The translations under genes were made by a program, and so were the position numbers. Below the pieces are notes generated by a model, which saw nothing but the letters and a program-made list of their open reading frames with translations, did not search any database and was not told the origin of the DNA. This document shows positions 7,732 through 17,081 of a stretch of 32,000 nt of DNA, one piece after another (positions within the stretch are counted from its first letter, which is position 1; each line of letters starts with the position of its first letter). This DNA comes from Candidatus Saccharimonadota bacterium. GTDB taxonomy: Bacteria > Patescibacteriota > Saccharimonadia > Saccharimonadales > Saccharimonadaceae. The DNA is taken from positions 630,001-662,000 of the forward strand of contig CP011211.1 of the NCBI GenBank assembly GCA_001029695.1, written 5' to 3'.

Positions 7732-8781
7732 TTATTGTGCAGCCTGTATCTTTTTAGCTATCTCACCCACTCGTGGACTCAAATCTTTACGAGCTACGAG
7801 TAAGCCCTCTGGGGTATTGACGACAACAATGTTATCTAAGCCGATGACAGCTACATGTTTTGCAGGATCTTCGTTTCTGATAAAAACGTTCTCCACTTCT
7901 AGACCATGAATATTTTCACCTCGAAAATAATTATTATCTTCATCGGATTGATTAGCTTCATGTAAATCTTTAAAATTACCAACATCCATCCAGTCAAAGT
8001 TTGCAGATACAACCGCAAGGCTTTGGGCTTTTTCGATAAGAGCAATGTCAATTACTTGATTGTCCAGCTCAAGATAAGCATCTCGATACTCATATGATGT
8101 TAGATCATCAATGTTCGCTAGCACCTCGTAGCTCCTCTCAAGCTCCGGAGCACTCTGACTCATCTCATGCAAGAATGTATCAACCGACCCTACAAAGTAA
8201 CCGCAGTTCCATAGGTAATTTCCTGATGCAACATATGTTTTTGCTGTCTCAAAGTCAGGCTTCTCCTTAAATGATTCAACATTATAAACTCCTGCATCCG
8301 CATCGATCACCCCATCACGCTCAATATAGCCAAATCCCGTTGCAGCAAATGTTGGTTCAATCCCGATAAGTGCTATCTCATTTTTATCGGCCGAAACCTT
8401 AGCAGCCAGGTTAAATGATCGCGTAAAACCAGCTGTATCACGAATACTATGATCGGCAGATATAAATGCAATCTGCTCTGCGTGGTCGTGACGGCGAGCA
8501 ATGTAATCAAGCGACATCACAATACAGTGTGCAGTTCCACGCCGTCCCGGTTCAATGATAAATGCTTCATCCGTAAGTTCTGGTAACTGTTCCTTTACAT
8601 GATCAGAGTGGCTCGCCTCAGTAACGACATAGACGGAATCACCCAAATGTTTCGCACGCTCGTAAGTCATCTGAAGAATAGATTTCTCTCCAGTTAAACT
8701 CAATAGATGCTTAGGGTATTTAGGCGTTGAGAGTGGCCATAAACGCGTCCCCGACCCACCGGCGATAATAACTGTAATCAT
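7732..8781 (-). CDS. manC: Mannose-1-phosphate guanylyltransferase (NTP_transferase domain only, no fused PMI cupin)
   Basis: 349 aa with the N-terminal VIIAGGSGTRLWPLS motif and GRRGTAHCI, GIEPTFAATGFGYIE and FKEKPD. GAGGAG lies upstream of the ATG. Confidence 0.9.
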   Translation of the reverse strand: MITVIIAGGSGTRLWPLSTPKYPKHLLSLTGEKSILQMTYERAKHLGDSVYVVTEASHSDHVKEQLPELTDEAFIIEPGRRGTAHCIVMSLDYIARRHDHAEQIAFISADHSIRDTAGFTRSFNLAAKVSADKNEIALIGIEPTFAATGFGYIERDGVIDADAGVYNVESFKEKPDFETAKTYVASGNYLWNCGYFVGSVDTFLHEMSQSAPELERSYEVLANIDDLTSYEYRDAYLELDNQVIDIALIEKAQSLAVVSANFDWMDVGNFKDLHEANQSDEDNNYFRGENIHGLEVENVFIRNEDPAKHVAVIGLDNIVVVNTPEGLLVARKDLSPRVGEIAKKIQAAQ

Positions 8782-8830
8782 TCTTCTACTCCTCTAAATA
8801 AATCTGTAGACTGATTATACAATAAGCGCG

Positions 8831-9319
8831 TTACTTTTGAAAATCTTCTTCCGTCTCCAAAAAATCCTTGTCGAGTTTATCTTTAAAGATGACATATTTA
8901 TATAGCATAAAATTCCATACCATCCCTACGGATACAGCAACGGCCTTTGCGATATTCAGTTCAAGTGCAGCATCCTTATTCATCTGATTGATCAAAAATA
9001 GGGACCGTCCCCATTCAGAGGCAGTCATTACTTCAAATCCATAGATAATAAGCCCCTGTATGATAAGCGAACTAAATCCTGTCACAACAAAAAAGCTGAG
9101 AAATTTTTTATAACTAATCGGTGATTTAGATCGGAATACAAAGTAATGATTAAGAAAGTAAGATATAACAATTCCGATGCTCACCGAAATGCTATTCGCC
9201 AAGACCGGGAAAGCACCAATAATAAATACAAGTGAATTCAATAAAACGAAATCAAACCCGGTGTTGGTACAGCCAGCAATTATAAATCGGATTTTTTCAA
9301 GCTCAAATAGTTTCCCCAT
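8831..9319 (-). CDS. GtrA-family small membrane protein (putative polyprenyl-phosphate-sugar flippase)
   Basis: 162 aa with four hydrophobic segments. It has the GtrA-like N-terminus (FIIAGCTNTGFDFVLLNSLVF) and C-terminus (WNFMLYKYVIFKD). Confidence 0.8.
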   Translation of the reverse strand: MGKLFELEKIRFIIAGCTNTGFDFVLLNSLVFIIGAFPVLANSISVSIGIVISYFLNHYFVFRSKSPISYKKFLSFFVVTGFSSLIIQGLIIYGFEVMTASEWGRSLFLINQMNKDAALELNIAKAVAVSVGMVWNFMLYKYVIFKDKLDKDFLETEEDFQK

Positions 9320-9385
9320 CTGCTATACTGTATACCAAAGTGTATATCAAAAACAATTAGCTTGGAGCAAAAGGAACTACTTATA

Positions 9386-10129
9386 ATGGTAAAAGTGGCA
9401 ATTGTCACCCCTACGTACAATGAAATTGGCAATATTGAGAACCTTCTCACGAATCTCCAGCAAGTTTCTGACGAGCACAATGATGATAACTTTTCTGTTT
9501 TCGTTATTGATGATTCATCACCCGACGGCACCGCCGACATGGTCACAATACTTCAGAACCGCCTAAAGACAGCTAATTTTTCCGTACATCTTATCGTGCG
9601 TAAAGAAAAAAATGGACTTGGTAAAGCCTACATCCATGGCTTTAAGCAAGTCCTAAACCATAAATCAAATTTTGACTTTATTTTACAAATGGATGCCGAT
9701 CTTTCACATAACCCTGTTTATGTCACGAGTTTTCTTCATAACGCAAAAGCAGGCGCCGACTTTATCGTAGCATCGCGCTATATTAGTGGCGGATCTACGC
9801 CTGACTGGCCTTGGTACCGAAAATTGCTGAGTAGGGGCGGAAACATCTATACGCGTATTTTCCTCAACCGCAAGATTACAGACTATACCGGTGGCTATAA
9901 CATGTACTCTTCTGACTTAATGAGGAATATTAATGTCGACAACATAACCTCAGGCGGTTATGGATTTCTCATAGAACTTAAGTATAAAGCCATACTTCTT
10001 GCAAAAAAACCAGCAGAAGTTCCGATTGTATTCCTTGACAGAGAGCATGGAAACTCTAAAATACCCAAGAGCACTATTCTTAAAAATTTGGTGCTGGTAT
10101 TAAAGCTACGTTCAAGTGTAAAAAAATAA
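9386..10129 (+). CDS. GT2 polyprenyl-phosphate glycosyltransferase (Dpm1 / Ppm1 / GtrB-like)
   Basis: The motifs are VAIVTPTYNEIGNIENLL, VIDDSSPDGT, LQMDADLSHNP and VASRY. The ORF track opens at the TTG at 9362. I prefer the ATG at 9386 because AAAGGA lies 10 nt upstream of it. Confidence 0.85.
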   Translation: MVKVAIVTPTYNEIGNIENLLTNLQQVSDEHNDDNFSVFVIDDSSPDGTADMVTILQNRLKTANFSVHLIVRKEKNGLGKAYIHGFKQVLNHKSNFDFILQMDADLSHNPVYVTSFLHNAKAGADFIVASRYISGGSTPDWPWYRKLLSRGGNIYTRIFLNRKITDYTGGYNMYSSDLMRNINVDNITSGGYGFLIELKYKAILLAKKPAEVPIVFLDREHGNSKIPKSTILKNLVLVLKLRSSVKK

Positions 10130-10133
10130 CTTC

Positions 10134-11828
10134 ATGATACGTTTTAATCGACACACCTTAATAAAATACAGTCTAGAAATAGCGTCTCTTGTTCTACTCT
10201 CTCTTAGTTTTATGTTAGTATTGCGACATATTGATATAAGCCCATGGAAAGAATTCATATTTGGAAATTCAGATATTCTAACACTATCTTTAGTTTGGGA
10301 TTCAATTACTTCAGGAGAACCATTTAATTGGGTATTTTCTTCTCAAATATTTTTATTTCCAGAACTACCACTTTATGCATTATCAAGTCTCTTTAGTGGA
10401 GATTTTAAAATAACACTGATTATAAATGCATTTATTAATATAGTAATATTTTACGTAATCGTACGACTCCTAGTTAATATTTTTACAAACAATAAAATAA
10501 TAAGTTTATCTTTTGGATTACTGTTTACATTGTCTATTATGTTCCTCATGGCCATCGAGTATCGAGAAGGTGGCAATCTAGCAATGTACTACTTTGTCAC
10601 CACCGCATACTACGGTGTTATCATCGCTGCACTCTTTAGTCTTTATCTAACAATTAAGTTAATTCTGATGTACAAAAGCGGCCAACTTAAAGAACAGTCA
10701 GTAAAATTTAAAGTATACCTAACATCTTTACTTCTCATAGCAATTCTCACTGGTACATCAAATCCAATGTTCTTTCTTCAGTTTACGGGACCATTCATGT
10801 GCGTTCTGATATTATTGTGTGCGTTTAAATACATCCCCTCAAGAATATTTATATGGCTAGCAGGCCTTAACATTGCAAGTTTGATCATTAGTGTGATCAT
10901 ACGAAAATCATTACTCAACAACTTCTTCTCTCCACTAGGTGATGTATCAAGTTATCTACATTTTGAAAGAATATCGCCAACGCTATTTGCATTTAAAGAT
11001 ATCTCAAAACAAATGCTTACCGGAAGCGTAAAACAACAAATTGAAATTATTGCCGTAACCGCATTAATAATCACTGCAGTGACAATGATTGTTATTTTAC
11101 TAAAACAGGGATTTAATAATCGAAAAAAATCTCTGGAGCTAAAAAGTGATCAAGTAGCAACATTCACATTAGTATTTTTTTGCGCACTAGCACCTTTAAC
11201 AACAATCACAGGAACGATTGCTACAGGAAACCCCTTAACTCGCTACCTACTCCCTATTATATTTTTTACTCCATTTATTTTTCTCCCTGCATACTTACGC
11301 TTCTTTAAAAAATACAGCCTGCTCCAGCCGATTTATATCGTCTACACTTTAGCCCTGGTAGTAGTGTTAGCAGTAGCCGTTATGCAACCATCTAAAAATG
11401 TCTCGTCATTGAGCCGATACTACCCCTCCAGTGCTCAGTGTATGGATGAAAAGTTACAAAATACGCAGTATAAGAATGGCGTTGCACAATATTGGCGCGC
11501 ACGAGTCTTACAGCTGAATAGCAAAGACAACCATAAGATTATTCAAACTGACGGAGCAATAAAACGTTTTGGCTGGCTATACAATAACTCTACCTACGAC
11601 AAATACGACGTAAGCTTTGTAGTTGTCGACAAACCGTTACAAAACACAAGTCAAGAGGTGTCAAATGAAGGTGCCTTTATAATTAATCCAAGTACGGCTG
11701 TTTATTTATTAGGACAACCTACGAACATATATTCTTGTAATGAATTTGATATATATGCATATGATCCTGGCACTAATGGTAGAAAAGTATTGAACCAGGT
11801 GATCAGAGATAAGTCAATGGGCCTATAG
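10134..11828 (+). CDS. Large polytopic membrane protein with a C-terminal soluble domain; putative GT-C-type transferase using a polyprenyl-phosphate sugar
   Basis: 564 aa with roughly 11-13 hydrophobic segments followed by a ~150-aa hydrophilic C-terminal domain (SRYYPSSAQCMDEKL...). The first loop after TM1 carries acidic residues (GNSDILTLSLVWDS). The functional call rests only on this architecture and on its position 4 nt downstream of the GT2 gene. Confidence 0.5.
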   Translation: MIRFNRHTLIKYSLEIASLVLLSLSFMLVLRHIDISPWKEFIFGNSDILTLSLVWDSITSGEPFNWVFSSQIFLFPELPLYALSSLFSGDFKITLIINAFINIVIFYVIVRLLVNIFTNNKIISLSFGLLFTLSIMFLMAIEYREGGNLAMYYFVTTAYYGVIIAALFSLYLTIKLILMYKSGQLKEQSVKFKVYLTSLLLIAILTGTSNPMFFLQFTGPFMCVLILLCAFKYIPSRIFIWLAGLNIASLIISVIIRKSLLNNFFSPLGDVSSYLHFERISPTLFAFKDISKQMLTGSVKQQIEIIAVTALIITAVTMIVILLKQGFNNRKKSLELKSDQVATFTLVFFCALAPLTTITGTIATGNPLTRYLLPIIFFTPFIFLPAYLRFFKKYSLLQPIYIVYTLALVVVLAVAVMQPSKNVSSLSRYYPSSAQCMDEKLQNTQYKNGVAQYWRARVLQLNSKDNHKIIQTDGAIKRFGWLYNNSTYDKYDVSFVVVDKPLQNTSQEVSNEGAFIINPSTAVYLLGQPTNIYSCNEFDIYAYDPGTNGRKVLNQVIRDKSMGL

Positions 11829-11870
11829 TATGGTGAAGCTATACTTCTTATGGTATAGTAATTAAAAGCA

Positions 11871-12329
11871 ATGAAAATAAAAAAACAAAGCAATAAAATA
11901 TATATACTAGTATTGATTTCGCTGATACTTATTGTCGCTGTTTGCATTGTTGTATTTTATTTCACAAAGTCACGATCGGAAGAAACCGAAGGTAAATCTA
12001 ATCAAAATCAATCCGAAAAATCACTTGAAAATCGTACGTATACCACCGAAAGTGAAGGTGCCACTAATACAGTACCCGATAACGTAGATCCTTCTTCGAT
12101 CAAAAACTATAAGCTTTTAACTGAAAATGAAACATATAAAATTCGAGAACTGTCTGGCAAATACTATGTCACTCTCTATCCAATTATAAATCGTCCAGAT
12201 CAGAGCAATACATATGTCGATCAGTTGAAAGAATATAAACAGAGCGCAATCAATTACCTAGAAAAAAATAATATTGATACAAAGAATACGAAGATATACT
12301 ATGAGCCATCTGAAGCTACTGACCTGTAA
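11871..12329 (+). CDS. Small N-terminally anchored protein of unknown function
   Basis: 152 aa with a TM anchor (IYILVLISLILIVAVCIVVF), a low-complexity polar linker (SEETEGKSNQNQSEKS), and a ~85-aa C-terminal domain. I recognise no family. Confidence 0.5.
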   Translation: MKIKKQSNKIYILVLISLILIVAVCIVVFYFTKSRSEETEGKSNQNQSEKSLENRTYTTESEGATNTVPDNVDPSSIKNYKLLTENETYKIRELSGKYYVTLYPIINRPDQSNTYVDQLKEYKQSAINYLEKNNIDTKNTKIYYEPSEATDL

Positions 12330-14652
12330 GTCACCGTTCAAGGGAAGCTTGTATGTATTTGGGTTCATAATTTGCTCCCTCATTGGAGCATCTCTTCCCG
12401 CACAAAAATCACATGCTACTATTGACTGTAGTGACGTATTCACTCCGCTGAGCTCATTTATCAATACAGGCGTTGATGCAAATAAATCGTTTTACGTTAA
12501 GGCAATGAATGAAACTGGAGTTCCTTGGGAAATGTTAGCAGCAATTCATTACCGTGAAACAAATTTCAGCCACACTAACCCCAGCAATGGGCAGGGGATA
12601 TTTCAGTTTGTCAATGGAGATGGTGGTCCATATCCAGCCGGTGCGGTAAATGATGAAAACTTTTACAAGCAACTCAAATTTATGGCTAGTAAAATTCAGT
12701 CTGACTATGTCTACAGAGGGAGTTTAAATAGAGAACGAAGACCACTTGTAGCGAATGAACAAAACACGACACTCATAAAGGACGTACTTTTTAGCTATAA
12801 TGGCAGGTCGTCATTATATGCAAATCAAGCAGCGAGCTATGGATTTAACTCCTCGACACAACCTTATGAAGGGTCTCCTTACGTCATGAATCGTTTTGAT
12901 TGTCAGCGCTCGAGAATGGGTATTATCACAAAAGATTATGGATCGATTGATGGCACAGACACCAGATACGGCGCTTATACTATCTTTTCAAGACTACGCG
13001 GTGAAAGTTTTTGGTTACTTCAGACAAGGGCCTATTCTTGGAACTTGGTCACACAAGAGGCCTATCTAGATGAATTGAGAACAAAACCTGCGGATACTGG
13101 AAATTTAGCTGCGAATCAAAAAATTTATCTTAGAGTAAAGGCAAGAAATTTAGGATCATCTACATGGGTAAGAGGCTCTACAAATCCAGTATTATTTGCA
13201 ACTACTAGTCCATCCAATAGAAGTAGTGCATTGTGTAATGAAACGTGGATTAATTGCGGTCGAGCCGCTCAACAGATCGAACAATCCGTTTCTCCAGGAG
13301 AGGTTGGCACATTTGAATTTTCATTGACTACTAATCAAATTGGAGTAAGTAAAGAATACTTTAATCTTGTAAGTGAGGGTAAAGAATGGTTTAACGATTT
13401 TGGACTCAACTGGAACATATCCGTAAATCCACCCACTCCTCGATGGCAGGTAGCTACGCAAGAAATATATGTAGACACAGCTCATACAAAGCCAGCGAAT
13501 ATCAATGCATTATCTCCTAATACTACCTACTATGCAGTAATAGTTGCGAGAAATACCGGAAATACTACGTGGTCTAATTCAGGAGCAAATCCTATACGCT
13601 TAGGCGCAAGTAGCCCCTTAGACAGATCTAGCAGCTTCAATAATTCTTCTTGGTTTGGATCCAATCGCGCTGCACTACTACAGGAAGATACCGTTCAGCC
13701 TGGTGAAAATGGAACCTTTAATTTCACTATTACAGCCCCCTCTAGTTACGGTACTTACAAAGAATACTTCAGACCAGTTGCCGAAGGCCAATCATGGATG
13801 AATGACATTGGTTTTCATTGGCCTATTACGGTTTCTCAACCTACGTCATTATGGGATGTTTCTTATCAGGCACTCTACACTTCCGACGCAAAATCTACAC
13901 TTATAAATACATCTCAAATAGTAAATGATAGTAGATACTTCTTAGTTATCAAAGCTAAGAATCGAGGAAATACTACTTGGGTTAATTCTGGTAATAATCC
14001 CGTTAGGCTAGCTACTAATAACCCCCAGGATCGCGCAAGTGATTTCTATGACGCAAGCTGGGTAGGATTTAATAGACCTACTAACCTTCTTGAATCGTCT
14101 GTCGCTCCAGGAGAGACTGGTACGTTCCAATTTTGGATACGCGCACCATCTAGATTGAATGCCACCACTTTATACGAGTCATTTCGTCCAGTTGTTGAAG
14201 GCGTATCTTGGATGAACGACATCGGTATGTATCAAGATTTCACTTTTTCAAGTCCTACTACAGCATGGCAATATGTCAGTCAATCTGCATTTAGCAATGC
14301 ATCGTACACGCAACCCGCAAACTTACTAGCTGCATCGCGAAATACTTCATATTACCTACAGCTCCGCTTGAAAAATGTTAGCGGTGTGACGTGGAAACAG
14401 TCGTCATTCTTACTTGGTACTAATAATCCACAGGATCGCTCAAGTAGCTTTTACACCCAAAGTTGGGTTGGAGTAAATCGAGCCGCCAGACTCATGGAGC
14501 AGACGATATCACCTGGCGAAACAGGCACATTTAGATTTTCGATACAAACACCCCAGACTGGAATGCTCTCAAATGAACACTTTAGGCCAGTAATAGAAGG
14601 TACAGCCTGGCTAACGGACGTCGGCCTTTATTGGGGAATTGACACCCGCTAA
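12301..14652 (+). CDS. Secreted protein with an N-terminal lysozyme-like / SLT-like domain plus four tandem ~135-aa Ig-like (NBR1-like) repeats
   Basis: The ORF opens at 12274. The ATG at 12301 (MSHLKLL...) precedes a signal-peptide-like segment (LYVFGFIICSLIGASLPAQKSHA). The head has three lytic-transglycosylase family-1-like motifs in the right order: AAIHYRE(95)TNF, GQGIFQF and LFSYNGRS. The repeats share the pattern N-x-G-x-x-T-W ... P-x-D-R-S-S-x-F ... W ... R ... V-x-P-G-E-x-G-T-F-x-F ... Y-x-E-x-F-R-P-V-x-E-G-x-x-W-x-x-D-x-G. Confidence 0.65.
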   Translation: MSHLKLLTCKSPFKGSLYVFGFIICSLIGASLPAQKSHATIDCSDVFTPLSSFINTGVDANKSFYVKAMNETGVPWEMLAAIHYRETNFSHTNPSNGQGIFQFVNGDGGPYPAGAVNDENFYKQLKFMASKIQSDYVYRGSLNRERRPLVANEQNTTLIKDVLFSYNGRSSLYANQAASYGFNSSTQPYEGSPYVMNRFDCQRSRMGIITKDYGSIDGTDTRYGAYTIFSRLRGESFWLLQTRAYSWNLVTQEAYLDELRTKPADTGNLAANQKIYLRVKARNLGSSTWVRGSTNPVLFATTSPSNRSSALCNETWINCGRAAQQIEQSVSPGEVGTFEFSLTTNQIGVSKEYFNLVSEGKEWFNDFGLNWNISVNPPTPRWQVATQEIYVDTAHTKPANINALSPNTTYYAVIVARNTGNTTWSNSGANPIRLGASSPLDRSSSFNNSSWFGSNRAALLQEDTVQPGENGTFNFTITAPSSYGTYKEYFRPVAEGQSWMNDIGFHWPITVSQPTSLWDVSYQALYTSDAKSTLINTSQIVNDSRYFLVIKAKNRGNTTWVNSGNNPVRLATNNPQDRASDFYDASWVGFNRPTNLLESSVAPGETGTFQFWIRAPSRLNATTLYESFRPVVEGVSWMNDIGMYQDFTFSSPTTAWQYVSQSAFSNASYTQPANLLAASRNTSYYLQLRLKNVSGVTWKQSSFLLGTNNPQDRSSSFYTQSWVGVNRAARLMEQTISPGETGTFRFSIQTPQTGMLSNEHFRPVIEGTAWLTDVGLYWGIDTR
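13039..14649 (+). repeat. Four tandem, diverged coding repeats of about 405 nt each, inside the 792-aa ORF
   Basis: The repeat units start at conserved Trp codons at 13039 (W256), 13444 (W391), 13852 (W527) and 14266 (W665). Unit lengths are 135, 136, 138 and 128 aa. The units align colinearly by eye. Confidence 0.8.
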
Positions 14653-14671
14653 TCACCTCAATTTATCGTTT

Positions 14672-15841
14672 TTATTCCTGTGTTTTTTCTACTTCACTCT
14701 GATATATAGTCACCAGTTTTGTCGCTTCATCAAGGTAGTTAAACTCTTTCGCATATTCTTTAGAGCGTTGCGCCAGTATAGTATAGTCTGCAGCGAGGAT
14801 ATACCTTGCTAATTCGTAATAGTTCGCCGATTTTGTAATTGCGACAGTACCACTTCCATTCATTTCTATAAATGGAGGAGTTGGATATACAATTGCTGGT
14901 TTATGGTTCGCTAACGCATTGTTAAGAGCGGCAGACGAAACAAATGAATAATATTTTCTATCGTACGGATAGATACACACATCACACTCTCTAATAAGAG
15001 CATTCAATGTCTTATCTTCCTCTACGAATCCTGTTATGTACACTCTCTGTTTAAGATCCAATTCAATGATTAAATCCGTCACTTCATCTAAGTAGTCTTC
15101 GCCGCCCCCGCTAGGATGAACCCCTCCAATTATAGCTAGTTTGTAGTTCTCAGGAAGATATTTAAGTGCTTTGACAGCCTGCTTCACACCTTTTGTCTTT
15201 GATACAAACCCAACAGATGCAATGATGACATCGCCCTTCGTAAAGTTCAGTGCTGATTTAATTTCATTTGAAGATTCATCAAACGAAAGACTAGGGACAG
15301 GAAGGGTGATCAGTTGTATGTTTGCCTTATTGATTCCATGCTTTACAAGGTTATCTCTAGTGGTAGTGTTGTGCACTAAAACTAAATCAGCCGAGCTAAT
15401 CGGCTCAAGATGAACTTTTTTAAACTCCTCTGCAGCACGCTTCTCTCGAATAAACTTTACAATACTACGCGGACCATAACCTTCGCGAAAAGGAGTTTTA
15501 TACTGAGCGTCTGGCGCCGTATGTACGGTGATGATAACGCGTTTACCAATTTCATGTGCTCCATTTACAATCCGACTCAGCTCGTCATGTTTATAGAAAG
15601 AGAGTTCGTGCTGAACATGTAATAAATCGAAGTTTCGTAATGTGCCTTTAAGTTCATTCAATACTGGAGTGAATTGCTCGAAGCTCATTATTTTAGTTTG
15701 ATTTGGAGAATACTTAAAAAACTGATTTTCAACATCTTTTGAAGCAGCTTCATTCATAGCAGCCAAAAATTGCTCTTGATATTTACCGATGCCACAATCT
15801 TCATTATGTGTGCTGTAGTGGAGAATTTTTACTTTAGTCAT
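14672..15841 (-). CDS. GT4-family glycosyltransferase (last gene of the assembly operon)
   Basis: 389 aa. The N-lobe motifs are KILHYSTHNEDCGIGKY and DLLHVQHELSF. The C-lobe has IYPYDRKYYSFVSSAALNNALANHKPAIV. Its start overlaps the upstream gene by 8 nt. Confidence 0.8.
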   Translation of the reverse strand: MTKVKILHYSTHNEDCGIGKYQEQFLAAMNEAASKDVENQFFKYSPNQTKIMSFEQFTPVLNELKGTLRNFDLLHVQHELSFYKHDELSRIVNGAHEIGKRVIITVHTAPDAQYKTPFREGYGPRSIVKFIREKRAAEEFKKVHLEPISSADLVLVHNTTTRDNLVKHGINKANIQLITLPVPSLSFDESSNEIKSALNFTKGDVIIASVGFVSKTKGVKQAVKALKYLPENYKLAIIGGVHPSGGGEDYLDEVTDLIIELDLKQRVYITGFVEEDKTLNALIRECDVCIYPYDRKYYSFVSSAALNNALANHKPAIVYPTPPFIEMNGSGTVAITKSANYYELARYILAADYTILAQRSKEYAKEFNYLDEATKLVTIYQSEVEKTQE

Positions 15842-17081
15842 TGCCGCCTTCTATACTATCTTTTATTTGATCAACCGTCTCGTCCCAACTAGTTGGTTTA
15901 TAACGCTTTAAAGCCAGTTTAGCTTTTTCTCTATGCCGCTTATCTAATAAATATATTATAGCATCTAAGCACTCATCTGTCGATGTTGGGGTAAAGTATT
16001 TTATTATACTACCCGCGATTTCCGGCATACTACTCGAATTACTTGCAATACACGGCGTACCATGAGCAATACTCTCTGCAATTGGCAATCCCCATCCCTC
16101 ATAATGACTAGGATATACTGTGAAAAGAGCATGTGAATACAGCCAGGAGAGCTCTTCATCACCTGCGTCATGCAAGAAGATAAACTTATCTTTTGTCATA
16201 GGATCATTCGTCATTAACTCGTATATGTCACTCGTAAGCCAGCCTTTTCTTCCAACTATCACGAGGTTAGGAAGGGTGGCACTTCTGCTCTGTGCAAGCT
16301 TATAAGCATAATAAAGAACGGTATGATTTTTGCGTGATTCAATAGTCCCTACGCAAAGAATAAAATTCTGGTTCTTATTGAAAAACACATTATCAGGTTT
16401 CCTATCATGCAACTTACTAAAATCTTCACCCAAACGAATAACATCTATCGGCGGACAATGGAGATCATGGTCGTTTAACCACTGTACGACATCGCTTTTC
16501 GTATTTTCTGAAATGGCAATAATCCTCGTAGCTAGAGGATAGATATCATTACTGTATTGCTTCATACTTGCGGTAGAATGTGATGAGTATTGAGGTGTAA
16601 CGAGTGGTAGCATGTCGTATGAAAATTGGTAAAGTTTTACTCCTGCTATTGTTACTGCGTGCTTTAGCATATTTCGATAAGCAGTACTTGCCCATTCACC
16701 CCATAGCACTATAAATACGTCATCTCGTTGAAAAGTGAAACCATAATCTTTCTTTTGGGATGTGAGGGTACCCTTGACTGAATAGCTAATTTTTTTCAGT
16801 GAACGCTTAGAAAAACGTAATAGATTCTTCTTATATACTCCCTCAGGATCTTGAGTAACTGGCGTGCTTGCCACCTGGCCATCTTTTATTACTGATGGTT
16901 TGTCGTAAAGACTATCAAATGGTAAATCCCAATATTTTGCACGTCCTTCGTCCCAGCCAAGAAAATGTACTTCATGGTCGCTCACGTCGTATCGCGCACA
17001 TACTTCATACATAACTCGAGGTATTCCAGTTAGTTTTCCTTGCCAGCCAGCTAACTGCGTCACGTCTATAATGATTCGCAT
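15834..17081 (-). CDS. GT4-family glycosyltransferase, tandem paralog B
   Basis: 415 aa with IIIDVTQLAGWQGKLTGIPRVMYEV at the N-terminus and the E-x7-E region YPSHYEGWGLPIAESIAHGTPCIASNSSSMPEIAG. Its ATG overlaps the stop of paralog A (TAATG at 17079-17083). Confidence 0.85.
   Translation of the reverse strand: MRIIIDVTQLAGWQGKLTGIPRVMYEVCARYDVSDHEVHFLGWDEGRAKYWDLPFDSLYDKPSVIKDGQVASTPVTQDPEGVYKKNLLRFSKRSLKKISYSVKGTLTSQKKDYGFTFQRDDVFIVLWGEWASTAYRNMLKHAVTIAGVKLYQFSYDMLPLVTPQYSSHSTASMKQYSNDIYPLATRIIAISENTKSDVVQWLNDHDLHCPPIDVIRLGEDFSKLHDRKPDNVFFNKNQNFILCVGTIESRKNHTVLYYAYKLAQSRSATLPNLVIVGRKGWLTSDIYELMTNDPMTKDKFIFLHDAGDEELSWLYSHALFTVYPSHYEGWGLPIAESIAHGTPCIASNSSSMPEIAGSIIKYFTPTSTDECLDAIIYLLDKRHREKAKLALKRYKPTSWDETVDQIKDSIEGGND

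Noticed and set aside
8782-8830. Mobile-element boundaries (integrase, transposase, tRNA, flanking direct repeats) at the edges of the AT-rich block, around 8.8 kb and 24.6 kb.
   Set aside because: No such genes or repeats are visible at either edge. The island call therefore rests on composition only and is reported as a finding, not as a mobile_element feature.
11829-11870. A weak hairpin, CTATAC-N8-GTATAG, after the 564-aa gene, considered as a terminator.
   Set aside because: It has only a 6-bp AT-rich stem and no following T-run. The next gene starts about 40 nt later on the same strand, so read-through is more likely.
13039-14649. Periodic ~405-nt repetition that could be mistaken for a CRISPR or satellite array.
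   Set aside because: The repeats are long, diverged, in-frame and protein-coding (four domain copies). There are no short identical direct repeats with unique spacers anywhere in the window.
12301-14652. An apparent abundance of N-x-S/T sequons (about 20) in the 792-aa protein, considered as evidence that it is an N-glycoprotein substrate.
   Set aside because: The protein is very rich in Asn, Ser and Thr. A rough composition-based expectation is of the same order, so the count is not distinguishable from background without a proper calculation.
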